From a virus, in the IMG/VR virus record IMGVR_UViG_3300010397_000042, positions 1 through 64,000 of that record: DNA of 64,000 nt; one strand, written 5' to 3'. The notes beneath the pieces are model-generated. The model made no database searches. It saw only the letters and a program-made list of their open reading frames with translations, and was not told where the DNA came from. Every line of letters starts with the position of its first letter. The first letter of the stretch is position 1. Made by a program: the position numbers and the translations under genes. Positions 15,663-25,262 of the stretch are shown in pieces.

Positions 15663-16783
15663 GACGCCATCGGCAAGCGCTTTTGCTTCCGGAACTCAGG
15701 GTAGACAGTTTTTCCCTTGAAGGACGCAAGCTTCTTCTCGATGTCTTCATCAGACATACCGAGCTTTGCGAGAGCCTTGACGAGCTCGCCTCGCATTGCA
15801 TCGGTGTCTTCGTATGATCGGCTCCTTTCGACGGGCCTGACTTCGTACTTATCACCGATCGGGATAGGCTTTTCCGCGGCGATTTTCTTCAAGCCTTTGA
15901 GTACGGGCTCAAGGAGTTTCTCCGCCTGTTTTGCCAGCTCCCAGACCTGACCCATCTCCTCCGGTGTGAGAGCGGTGAGATGAGGTCCTTGGGTAATCTC
16001 GGTGAGTTTCCCCAGCATCGCTTTCGCGGTGTTCATCCAGTACGGACAGTACGTCATCGCAGGGCAGTATGCACATGCTTCGTCACTAGGACTGACGGGC
16101 GGCATGATCCCAGACGCCAGCAAGCTCTTGGCTGCTAGTACGTTGTCAATCGCGCTTTTCAGCTGATCGCAGTACTCCTCCGCATCGAACAGGGTGAACT
16201 CGTGGCCATCGTGCTTGATTTCACCGCTGTCCCAGATGTACGCAACACGGCTAATAGCCGTAGAAGCGTCGTAATAGAGCATCAGTCCGGTAGCGCAAAC
16301 TCGTCGCTGCCAGTGCTCTGCTGGATCCCCGATGCTCTGGCCGCTCTTGTAATCCAACTCCACTGGCGTTGTTTCGAAGAATGCCTCGACGTCGATCGTG
16401 AAAGGAATTTCATACGTAGATAGCGGTGCTTGTCCCGTTCGCTCCAGTTCTCCATTGTAGTCTCTCCCAATGTTGGTGCCGACGTATCGGGTGGTTCGGG
16501 TTTGGACATTCAGCGCGTAGGCCTTCTCGCATCCAGTTACGCGAAGACCATCGAGAGCCGAGTTCAGATTCATGCCAGCAGCGGTGTGGCGATACTCTTC
16601 GCTTACAGCCGCGAGAGCGGCATCGCGAGAGCTCGGACTTATGGTTACTACTCGAGCGAACGCGTGAAGCTCGTTCCCGCGCTCAGCTCGCTCAGTGCTC
16701 GTTCTGACTTGGGGAAGCGCAAGGCGCGTGGGGCAAAGAATCGTTGCCCCAGCACCCGACGCCGACATGCCAGACCAGCTCAT
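15659..16783 (-). CDS. PD-(D/E)XK exonuclease (RecB/Cas4-like phage type)
   Basis: AERGNELH, TIDV, LDYKSG, Q, CAYCPAMTYCP. Confidence 0.8.
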   Translation of the reverse strand: MSWSGMSASGAGATILCPTRLALPQVRTSTERAERGNELHAFARVVTISPSSRDAALAAVSEEYRHTAAGMNLNSALDGLRVTGCEKAYALNVQTRTTRYVGTNIGRDYNGELERTGQAPLSTYEIPFTIDVEAFFETTPVELDYKSGQSIGDPAEHWQRRVCATGLMLYYDASTAISRVAYIWDSGEIKHDGHEFTLFDAEEYCDQLKSAIDNVLAAKSLLASGIMPPVSPSDEACAYCPAMTYCPYWMNTAKAMLGKLTEITQGPHLTALTPEEMGQVWELAKQAEKLLEPVLKGLKKIAAEKPIPIGDKYEVRPVERSRSYEDTDAMRGELVKALAKLGMSDEDIEKKLASFKGKTVYPEFRKQKRLPMAS

Positions 16784-17763
16784 GCCGCTGCGCTCCGCAG
16801 TTCAGCGGTTCGAACCTTGAAGGCCTCAGCAAGCTTCTTGTACTCCTCCGGAGAGATTTGCTTGTCATTCCAGACTTGTCGGATCTCGACTCCGATGGCC
16901 TTCAGAGCGACCTCGTCGGGGGCGGTTTGGATGGACACGAGGAGCGTCTCGAACGAGCTACTCGGAACAGAAGGAGAGCTACTCGGAGCTGATGGTGCTG
17001 CCTCCGGTACTGCCATGATCCGAGGATTCGACTCGACGTCGTAATCGGACAGCCACTCCATGATCGGCTTGGCGATGTTGGCACCAGGCATGGAGTACAG
17101 CTGACCATCGAGGGAACGACATCGCGTCTTGTCGATCGTCATGTTGTGATCCATGTCCATGTTGGCCTGGATATCGAATTCGTACTCGAATCCGTCGCGC
17201 ATCTGCGCGCCCATGCCGACCTTGACCTTCTTCTTCTTCCCGTTGACCTCCTCGTCGGCGTACTCGGTCTTCGCCCGAAGATTGCCGATAAAGTGGCAGG
17301 GAAGGTTCAGGATCGTCGTGATGAGCTCGTTGTATTGCTTGGTAACGACCTTCCAAGCTGCGAAGCTGTCGTACTTACCTGACTTGACCTGAATTCGCTT
17401 GGCAACGATTTCGACCTGATCGAGAGCACCGCCGTTTGCGAACCAGAAGTGACTGAGGGAGTCCACAACAATCCCGTCATACTGGCCGCCGAGCTCGCGA
17501 AGAGCCTCGGTAAGCGACTCGAGATTGTAATTGCCCTTCCAGCAATCGTTGTCGATGACCTTGAACTTGCGAGGGAACTCCTTACGATACTTCGCCGCAG
17601 AACCCTGCTCGGTATCGAGGACGAGAATGTTCTGACATCCCATCTCCATCAGAATGTTGATGGCTGAGAACGTCTTACCGCTACCCGAGGGACCCGTAAT
17701 CGCCATACGGAGATGGCCTTGGACCTTCGCTGCTTCCTTCACGAAACCGGAGAATTTACCCAT
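16780..17763 (-). CDS. Sak4-like AAA ATPase / single-strand annealing protein
   Basis: GPSGSGKT, LDTE, VVDSLSHFW, RDGFEYEFD, KTR; sits with the nuclease and ssb. Confidence 0.85.
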   Translation of the reverse strand: MGKFSGFVKEAAKVQGHLRMAITGPSGSGKTFSAINILMEMGCQNILVLDTEQGSAAKYRKEFPRKFKVIDNDCWKGNYNLESLTEALRELGGQYDGIVVDSLSHFWFANGGALDQVEIVAKRIQVKSGKYDSFAAWKVVTKQYNELITTILNLPCHFIGNLRAKTEYADEEVNGKKKKVKVGMGAQMRDGFEYEFDIQANMDMDHNMTIDKTRCRSLDGQLYSMPGANIAKPIMEWLSDYDVESNPRIMAVPEAAPSAPSSSPSVPSSSFETLLVSIQTAPDEVALKAIGVEIRQVWNDKQISPEEYKKLAEAFKVRTAELRSAAA

Positions 17764-17787
17764 TTGAGCTACCGCCTTTCTCCTCGT

Positions 17788-17816
17788 ATTATAGTCCGAA
17801 CCTCAGAGTGTGTCAA
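17788..17816 (-). promoter_or_regulatory. Phage promoter motif copy
   Basis: TTGACA-CACTCTGAG...TATAAT. Confidence 0.8.
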
Positions 17817-18022
17817 GTAGAGTTGCAAAGAAACTGAGAGTGTGCTAGATTTCAAGTGTGCTTTACGAGACAGAGTGGAGAGGGAAGGTCTATCAGTACC
17901 GGACGCACGGCAGCTCAGCGTGTCTCTCTATAGATGGACAAAACATCTGGTGGGGCAAGACCGGTCAGCCGTTGCCGTGTCGGATAGCACCGCTGATTGT
18001 GATACTGACTTTGTCCCTCGCA

Positions 18023-18051
18023 TTGACACACTCTTAGGTGTGCGCTATACT
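18023..18051 (+). promoter_or_regulatory. Phage promoter motif copy (replication operon)
   Basis: TTGACA-CACTCTTAG...GC-TATACT. Confidence 0.8.
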
Positions 18052-18072
18052 ATGGGCATATGAGGTGATTCC

Positions 18073-18399
18073 TTGGCATCTAGCAATTATTTCAAGACTA
18101 TCGACGGTTCCTTTTTCTTCTTCAATGAACACTTCCCTATCTCGGTTTCGCAGGCGTTTCGAGCTGCTCTGGGGGGTCCTGACGACCCGCTCCCTGCCAT
18201 CTACTCTCCTGTTTGGATTGCCGGTCCGTGGGATCAGTGTCCGATCGTTGGTCATCGACCACGTAAGAAGGTCTTGAAGGACCTGGCTCGAACCGATGAA
18301 CCGGGAACGATCGAGCAGCTCCACAAGGAGCTCAGCGCCATCGAGAATCGATTTGAAGCGGTGGGCCGACGAGTTCCTCTTGAGACGGTGGCGGCGTGA
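18073..18399 (+). CDS. Hypothetical protein
   Basis: GAGGTG RBS with TTG start. Confidence 0.55.
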   Translation: MASSNYFKTIDGSFFFFNEHFPISVSQAFRAALGGPDDPLPAIYSPVWIAGPWDQCPIVGHRPRKKVLKDLARTDEPGTIEQLHKELSAIENRFEAVGRRVPLETVAA

Positions 18400-18848
18400 G
18401 CGATGCCGAACGCTTCTGGAGCAGGGTTCAGAAGGGTCCTAACAATCACTGCTGGATATGGATTGCAGGAAAGCAACATGGATATGGAATACTGAGAGTT
18501 GGCGGTAGATGCGTACGCGCACACCGCTATAGCTTCATGTTGAATTCCGGAGAGCCAATTCCAGAAGGAATGAACGTCCTGCATAAGTGTGACAACCCAG
18601 CTTGTGTGCGACCAGATCACCTGTTCTTGGGTACGCAAGAAGACAATAATCACGATCGATCGAGAAAGAATCGAAATGCTAAAGGGGAAACGAGAAAGAA
18701 CGCCAAGCTGACAACTGAAGATGTCGTCCGTATTCGCGAATTGGCGGCAGCTGGTATACCTCGGAGAACCCTTATGCATATGTTCGGCATATCCGGCACC
18801 ACCGTAAACAACATCAAACGTCGCGTAGATTGGAAACACGTGGAGTGA
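18396..18848 (+). CDS. HNH endonuclease with C-terminal HTH
   Basis: CWIW, RAHR, VLHKCDNPACVRPDHLFLGT..DN, NAKLT. Confidence 0.9.
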   Translation: MSDAERFWSRVQKGPNNHCWIWIAGKQHGYGILRVGGRCVRAHRYSFMLNSGEPIPEGMNVLHKCDNPACVRPDHLFLGTQEDNNHDRSRKNRNAKGETRKNAKLTTEDVVRIRELAAAGIPRRTLMHMFGISGTTVNNIKRRVDWKHVE

Positions 18849-19017
18849 GTAATGAAATTGAAGTATATAATCGCTTATGCTGGTGTGGCTGTCATCACGC
18901 TACGCACTGGCGAGATCACCACGGAGAAGGTCCATGCCTCGGTCTCCGTTGCGACGGGTGCCCATTCTTCCGCGATCGCTGGGAACCGGATCCCCTACTG
19001 GTGAGAGGTAAGAAGAA

Positions 19018-19404
19018 ATGAGAGAGGAATTAGACCAAGCCCTCTGTAGGGATTTTCCGATTCTCTATCGAGATCGGAACGGATCGCTACGAGAGACTTG
19101 TATGGCATACGGTTTCTGTTGCGGCGACGGTTGGTACCACATTATCAGGTGGTTATCTGAGAAACTGGAACCTGCAATCGCAGCACTCCCTGAAGAGGAG
19201 CGACCGTGCGCGTTCCAAGTGAAGGAGAAATTTGGAACTCTCCGGTACTACATGTCGTCCGAAACCGACGAGATGACGAAGTGGATCGCAATGGCTGAGC
19301 ATCTGAGCGCTGACACCTGCGAGGAATGCGGCGCCGAAGGCAAGCTCAGACCAGGTGGATGGATTCAAACCCTTTGTGACGGGTGCCATGAAAAGCGCAG
19401 CTGA
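19018..19404 (+). CDS. Conserved phage protein (GDGW...QVKEKFGTLRYY, CxxC)
   Basis: Recurrent phage motif set. Confidence 0.7.
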   Translation: MREELDQALCRDFPILYRDRNGSLRETCMAYGFCCGDGWYHIIRWLSEKLEPAIAALPEEERPCAFQVKEKFGTLRYYMSSETDEMTKWIAMAEHLSADTCEECGAEGKLRPGGWIQTLCDGCHEKRS

Positions 19405-19591
19405 GCGAACGATCGCAATGTTTCCCGATGAACCTATTCGCCCTAAGAAGCGACTAGGTCCGTGTAGCAAAACCTTGAAGACCAGGTTGTGGAAGACCGC
19501 AATCGCCTGGGTTCAGGGAAAAGAGCTGGCCGCGAACGTAGCTGCCTACGCCGAACAGCTGGCTAGGGTCCTGGAGACGGAGGGGAAGTAG

Positions 19592-20008
19592 ATGAGCTTG
19601 ATTAGTGATTCATACAAGTTGCACCAGAATGGCACTCACATAAGGTGGGTGGTTGTACCCGAAGTGGATGATGTCAGTTCATGTGTTGCGGCAATGAATG
19701 AACTTGCAGAGATGCTCGATCTACATGAGGGGCAGCCCAAAACGCACGTCTATGAGAAGGGCAAGGCAATCAGGTTCCGTAGGCTCGGTACGACCGAATG
19801 GGGTGCAATCGAACGTTTCTTGGATGAGCAAGAGTCTCGATTTCGCGGTCACGTAAAAGATCGAAGCATCCACAACCCCAACGCGAAAGACGATGGGGAT
19901 TATCGCGATATCGAACGACGCGGCATGCCACCCAAGGATTGGGTTCGAAGAATACATGCACTGCGGCGAGGAATCGAACACCACGCATCTTCGCACTACA
20001 ACCGATGA
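19592..20008 (+). CDS. Hypothetical protein
   Basis: 138 aa, coupled to the polymerase gene. Confidence 0.6.
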   Translation: MSLISDSYKLHQNGTHIRWVVVPEVDDVSSCVAAMNELAEMLDLHEGQPKTHVYEKGKAIRFRRLGTTEWGAIERFLDEQESRFRGHVKDRSIHNPNAKDDGDYRDIERRGMPPKDWVRRIHALRRGIEHHASSHYNR

Positions 20009-22263
20009 TCTCCGCATGGACGTCACACGGTAGAATCCTCTCCTCATACCGCAAGAACGGTGTGCTCGACATTCGCGACATCGGCGGCGCCGAGTATGTC
20101 GGCTTCATCAAGAAGGGTACACCGCATAATCTACTTGATGATCCCGGAGTCCTCTCGATCCGAGATGACTTCCCGGGTTGGCAGAAGGTCGCGTTCGTAG
20201 ATTACGACTCGCGTAAGGCATGTCTCGAGAACAACCCCCGTCTCCTATTCGAGGCTGACGTACCGCCAGTTCGTCGATTCTTGACGGACAATTTTTGCAA
20301 GATCGACCCCCCACGCCGTGTGTTTCTCGACATCGAAACGGATTCGCGGGTGCCTTTTTCGCAGGCTTTGGTTACCGGCACGCGGCTTCTGTCGTTCGCA
20401 CTAGTCGACGAGGAAAACAACAAACACGTCCTCGGGCTCGAGGATGACGACGATCAGGCGGAAGCCGAGCTCTGGGGCGAGCTCTGGCGTCTGATGGGAG
20501 AGTACGACCAGGTCTGCGCATGGAGCGGTGATCGCTTTGACTTTCAGGTCATGAAAATCCAGTGTGAGAAGTACGCACGGAGGTTCAAGCGGATCCTAGA
20601 TCCATACTGGGATCATCGACGGCGGATTCAGCAGGTCGATCAGATGTTGTGCTTCAAGCGCCATCACATGGCAGCTGAAAGCGGCGACGAGAAAACCTCC
20701 CTGCGCCTGAACGACGTCTGCGAGGCCCTCTTCGGCGAGGGTAAGAACGATTTTGATAGCAGTAAGACTTGGGAGGCATGGTCTGCAGGCGGTGCAGCTC
20801 GACAGGAGCTCCTCGACTACAACTTGCAGGACACCGCTCTCCTGAATCGTCTGGAGCAGGAGACGGGCTACCTCGCTCTACAACAGACGATCGCTGAGGT
20901 CACCCTTACGTTCGTAAACACGCACACGCTGAAGCCGATGCCGTGGATTGATGCCTATCTCCTCAAGATGGCACACAAGCTCAAGACTCATCTTCCGAGT
21001 AAGCACCCAGGTGAGAACGGCGCTGATGTCGAAGGTGCGATCGTCATTCCACCCAGAAAGCTCGGCGTTCACGAGAACGTGCACGTGTGCGACTTCAAGA
21101 GTCTCTATCCAACGGTGATCAGGACCTGGAATCTAGGAAGCGAAACCATTCTCGACGGGCCCGCCGAAGGTGCTTGCAAGGCAGCGAACGGTCACTACTT
21201 CCGAACGGATCAACAGAGCATGCTCTCCATGTTCTGCGAAGAGATGATGAACGGTCGCGATAAATACAAGAAGGAGATGAAGAAGCACCCTCCAGGAACT
21301 CCCGCATGGAAGGATGTCGAACGTAAATCGAAAGCCTTCAAGATCGCGAACAACTCAGGGTTCGGAGTCACGGGTAACCCGTTCTTCCGGCTCTACGATC
21401 CGCGTATCACCGACGCTATCATCAGCGGGGCTCGAGTGTGCCTCCTGACTGTCGAAGAGGCTGCAGTGGCCGCGAATAAAGATGCTCTTTATGGGGACAC
21501 GGACAGCTTGTTCGTTTGTGGTGGTACCGTTGCTGAATTCGACGATTTTGTCAAGAGATGCAATTCTGATCATCTTCCCAAGATGCTTGACACCTATGGT
21601 TGCCGTCAAGATTTCCGTGTGATCGAGCTCGCCTACGAAAAGCAGTTCGCAAGACTTGTGTTTCCCCTTGGCAAAGACGGAACGGCTAGCGCCAAGCGAT
21701 ATGCTGGTCTTTACGCGCATTACGGTGGTAAAGCAGCCACCGCCGATTCGAAGCCTGAGATTCGTGGGCTCGAGTGGATGCGAACAGACTCCACTCGCGG
21801 AGCTCGTCACATGCAGCGTGACGCCATCGAGATGATTCTGCGAGGTCGCGTGACCTCGGAGGAGGCGGAGGAATGGGTCAAGCGACGTCGGCAGCTGTTC
21901 TTCGAAGGAGAGGTTCCGCTCGAGGACATCGTTCTTAGTAAGGGCATCTCAAGACCCCTTGACGCATACAAGACGGTTGGTCCACACGTTCGTATCGCCT
22001 CAGCGCTTGCTGAGGCAGGCGAGGACATCGGAGAGGGAACTCGCATCTCGTATGTGGTTACCGATGGTTCGGTGAGCCCGGCGACCGTGATCCCAGCAAG
22101 CGAATACAAAGGGCAGTTCGACCGCTATCACTATTGGAATAAAGCTTACTATTCCGCAACATTACGAGTTCTCGCAGGTGCGTTTCCAGACCGTAACTGG
22201 CTTCGCTGGGTCGCAAGGCGTCCGCGAAAAGTCCCTGTAAAACAGCTTAGTCTTATCACTTGA
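20005..22263 (+). CDS. Family B DNA polymerase with 3'-5' exonuclease
   Basis: DIETD, FD, YNLQD exonuclease motifs; DFKSLYP, KIANNSGFG, YGDTDS, KRY. Confidence 0.95.
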   Translation: MISAWTSHGRILSSYRKNGVLDIRDIGGAEYVGFIKKGTPHNLLDDPGVLSIRDDFPGWQKVAFVDYDSRKACLENNPRLLFEADVPPVRRFLTDNFCKIDPPRRVFLDIETDSRVPFSQALVTGTRLLSFALVDEENNKHVLGLEDDDDQAEAELWGELWRLMGEYDQVCAWSGDRFDFQVMKIQCEKYARRFKRILDPYWDHRRRIQQVDQMLCFKRHHMAAESGDEKTSLRLNDVCEALFGEGKNDFDSSKTWEAWSAGGAARQELLDYNLQDTALLNRLEQETGYLALQQTIAEVTLTFVNTHTLKPMPWIDAYLLKMAHKLKTHLPSKHPGENGADVEGAIVIPPRKLGVHENVHVCDFKSLYPTVIRTWNLGSETILDGPAEGACKAANGHYFRTDQQSMLSMFCEEMMNGRDKYKKEMKKHPPGTPAWKDVERKSKAFKIANNSGFGVTGNPFFRLYDPRITDAIISGARVCLLTVEEAAVAANKDALYGDTDSLFVCGGTVAEFDDFVKRCNSDHLPKMLDTYGCRQDFRVIELAYEKQFARLVFPLGKDGTASAKRYAGLYAHYGGKAATADSKPEIRGLEWMRTDSTRGARHMQRDAIEMILRGRVTSEEAEEWVKRRRQLFFEGEVPLEDIVLSKGISRPLDAYKTVGPHVRIASALAEAGEDIGEGTRISYVVTDGSVSPATVIPASEYKGQFDRYHYWNKAYYSATLRVLAGAFPDRNWLRWVARRPRKVPVKQLSLIT

Positions 22264-22288
22264 CACACTCTTGGTTTCGCGCTATAAT
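22260..22288 (+). promoter_or_regulatory. Phage promoter motif copy
   Basis: TTGACA-CACTCTTGG...GC-TATAAT. Confidence 0.8.
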
Positions 22289-22511
22289 AGGAGGTAATAT
22301 GGCTGAACTTTTTGACTTCATGTATCTCATTTTTCTTCAGGCGTTGAGTCTCGGGATGTCTTCTTGTGGGAGCATCATCACCGCGTGCGCCAACATGGTG
22401 CATGTCTACTTCATCCGTCGTGCGATCAAGCATGACGAGAAGTATGTGAAGAGCTCCAAGTCTGACCTAGAGTCTACACCGCTTGTGTATCTCGATAAGT
22501 CGGTGAACTGA

Positions 22512-23429
22512 TTGGATCAGATCATCGTGTGTGGGGACTGCTCAGACGCAGATCCCAAGCAGTTCGACGTCATGATTGTGGATCCGCCCTACTCGGCGCA
22601 CGTCCACAAGAATGCCACTAGCCAGAGTCCGCGTCGTGGTACTCGCCATCGAGATCTCGGATTCGAGCATCTGAGTGATGAACTTCGTGAGACGATAGCC
22701 GGCTTTGCATCGCAGGTAAGACGCTGGAGTCTGATCTACTCGGACGTGGAAGGTCTTCATGCGTGGCGAAAGTCCTGCATTGAGCATGGAGCAAGCTACA
22801 TCCGCCCAATGGCATGGGTTCGCTGGAGTATGCCCCAGTTGAGCGGTGACCGGCCTACGACGGGGTTCGAGCTCGTCACATGTTACTGGGGCTCGCAGGG
22901 TGGTCGCAAATCCTGGAACGGTCCTGGAAACCTGACACATCTCGATCACAAGTGCTTACGCGGTGAGGGTAAGCACAAGGCTGAAAAGCCACTCGATCAG
23001 ATGTTGGATCTGGTTACGTGGTTTTCTAATCCAGGTGACAAGATCCTCGATCCGTGCGCCGGAGCAGGAACGGTGGGTCTTGCCTGTAAGATCCTGGGTC
23101 GAGAGTACGTCGGGTTCGAGATTGACCCGGTATGGGCGGAGAAGGCGGCTGCTCGGTTGGCTGCACCACTCTCAGAACGAGATCAAGAGCGCTATCAGCG
23201 TTGGCTTGATTCGCAAGTGAAATACTCTGAGAAAAAAGCTATACGCGACGCCAACACGGCGAAGGTGAGGAGGAAGAATGCTCGATCTAAAGACAACAAT
23301 TCAAATGGAGTTGGAGATTCGCAGACTGCAAGTGGGGCAAGCCCGGAAGCGGCTTCGGATGGAGGAGCAGGAAGCGGATCGGGAGAGACGCAGCATCCCC
23401 CACAAGACGCGAGACCGGCTGCTGAGTGA
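22512..23429 (+). CDS. Orphan DNA N6-A/N4-C methyltransferase (beta class)
   Basis: DPPY before HKAEKP and LDPCAGAGT...GFEID. Confidence 0.9.
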   Translation: MDQIIVCGDCSDADPKQFDVMIVDPPYSAHVHKNATSQSPRRGTRHRDLGFEHLSDELRETIAGFASQVRRWSLIYSDVEGLHAWRKSCIEHGASYIRPMAWVRWSMPQLSGDRPTTGFELVTCYWGSQGGRKSWNGPGNLTHLDHKCLRGEGKHKAEKPLDQMLDLVTWFSNPGDKILDPCAGAGTVGLACKILGREYVGFEIDPVWAEKAAARLAAPLSERDQERYQRWLDSQVKYSEKKAIRDANTAKVRRKNARSKDNNSNGVGDSQTASGASPEAASDGGAGSGSGETQHPPQDARPAAE

Positions 23430-23656
23430 CATTCGGGATGCGCAGTTGAACGTGGATGCATGTCTGGCTTCGCTCGCAGGAGTCAGTAAGTACCCGCCAC
23501 TTACTAGGAGGATCTGATGAGTAACTTGAATCCTAATGCTTTGGCTCTTTGGTTGTTTCTTGTTCTGCTCGGCTTCCTGATCGGCGGTTGGCATTACGCC
23601 CTTATTGGTCTGACGGTAGGCGTCGGTATTTCCCTTGCTGTCTCATTGATTGGCGA

Positions 23657-24412
23657 ATGACGAAATACCTCAACGACAAGTTCAGCGTATCGGTCGGAGG
23701 GCCCGAGTACGCCGAGGGGTGGGAACGCATCTTCGGTAAGAAGGAAATCGATCCTTCGGATCCCGCGGAGGTTGTGAAGCTCGCGGACAAAGTAAGGGAC
23801 CGTTGGAACGAGACGTTCTTCGGAACGATGGAGGAAACAGTGCAAGAAGTACAACAGCATCTCGAAACAGTCGAAACAGATCTCGCGTTTGACACGTTCG
23901 CAATGGGGCTTCAGAAAGCCTTGGACGAGTATTGGAGGACCGGCCACCGCTCGGATATTCGCGTTCAGGTTGAAGAGTTCCATCGGGCCTACGGGCAACC
24001 GGTACTCGATACACCACAGGTGCCCTCTGAGGAGCGCGTTCGCTTTCGGATGAAGCTTATCGGAGAGGAGTACCTCGAGTTGGTCTCCTCTGTATTCGGA
24101 GTAGATCCGGAGTCTCACAAAGCCTCTGTTGAAATTCTCAACCAGGTTTACGACTTGGCTCCAATCAAGGTTGATCTTCCAAAGGCTATCGATGCACTCC
24201 ACGATATCGATTACGTGGTTGAGGGAATGCGCCTCGAGCTCGGGGTGAATGGATCTCCGATCGCGTGTGAGGTTCATCGAGCCAATATGAGCAAGTTTGG
24301 TGAGGATGGCAAGCCCGTGCTCAACGAATTTGGAAAAGTCATCAAAGGACCAAACTTCAGTCCCCCGGACATCGAAGGTGAGCTGATCAAGCAAGGGTGG
24401 GTGAAGCCATGA
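23657..24412 (+). CDS. MazG-like (PRA-PH type) NTP pyrophosphohydrolase
   Basis: VEEFH, LIGEEYLEL, DALHDIDYV, EVHRANMSK, GKVIKG. Confidence 0.85.
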   Translation: MTKYLNDKFSVSVGGPEYAEGWERIFGKKEIDPSDPAEVVKLADKVRDRWNETFFGTMEETVQEVQQHLETVETDLAFDTFAMGLQKALDEYWRTGHRSDIRVQVEEFHRAYGQPVLDTPQVPSEERVRFRMKLIGEEYLELVSSVFGVDPESHKASVEILNQVYDLAPIKVDLPKAIDALHDIDYVVEGMRLELGVNGSPIACEVHRANMSKFGEDGKPVLNEFGKVIKGPNFSPPDIEGELIKQGWVKP

Positions 24413-24572
24413 ACAAGCGGGTATTCGACGCTGCTCTCAAACGCCTCGAGCGTAGTGGTCAGGTGACTGTAAGTCACGATGAAGAGGGTAGGAAGGTTTA
24501 CAAACTCAATGGGGATTATCGAGATCATGATTCTAGGCTGGATGCTGGGCCTGGCGTGGTGGTGCACTACTG

Positions 24573-25262
24573 ATGCAGATACTTGATCACGGCTACATCC
24601 GTCTCGTCGAGACATGGGGTCACGGTGACTTCGGTGTCGCCGAGGCAGGAATCATTGAAGCGGCTCGACAGAGCACCCAAGGCAGCTTTCGCGGCTGGGA
24701 TCGCGACGAGAAGCTGCTTCGATTCCTCTACGAGCACAAGCACTCCACTCCGTTCGAATTCGCGGGAGCAGTAATTGAGGTTCAGGCTCCCATCTTCGTA
24801 TTCCGGGAGTGGCACCGCCATCGAACGCAGAGCTACAACGAGATGAGTGCTCGCTACGAGCCGCTCCCAGACCTCTACTACGTTCCGTCCATCGAGCGCC
24901 TCATGATGAATGCAGGTGGCTCGAACAAGCAGGCCGGCACGGTCTCCGGCTCTGTTGGCCTCACGACCCAATACGCAGAGGCATTTCGAGCACGCCGAAT
25001 CCAGCGGTGCGCTGAGTGGCAGGCTGAGTACGAGGCCGACCTAGCCAACGGTATCCCAAAGGAGCTGGCTCGAGGAGGAATGCCTGTCGAGCATTACACT
25101 CGCATGCGGGCCAGTGCCAACCTCCGCAATTGGCTTTCATTTCTCACGCTACGACAGGATCCGGCAGCGCAATGGGAAATCAGACAATACGCCAATGCGC
25201 TAAACGAAGACATCCTCTCCACTTCCTTCCCTCGTACCTTATCCCTCTTCAACAAGGTGTAA
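24573..25262 (+). CDS. thyX: Flavin-dependent thymidylate synthase
   Basis: HSTPFE, RHRTQSYNEMSARY, AQWEIR. Confidence 0.95.
   Translation: MQILDHGYIRLVETWGHGDFGVAEAGIIEAARQSTQGSFRGWDRDEKLLRFLYEHKHSTPFEFAGAVIEVQAPIFVFREWHRHRTQSYNEMSARYEPLPDLYYVPSIERLMMNAGGSNKQAGTVSGSVGLTTQYAEAFRARRIQRCAEWQAEYEADLANGIPKELARGGMPVEHYTRMRASANLRNWLSFLTLRQDPAAQWEIRQYANALNEDILSTSFPRTLSLFNKV

Noticed and set aside
15659-16783. Cas4 as evidence of a CRISPR-Cas system
   Set aside because: It lies in an ssb/Sak4 recombination module with no cas1/cas2 or array
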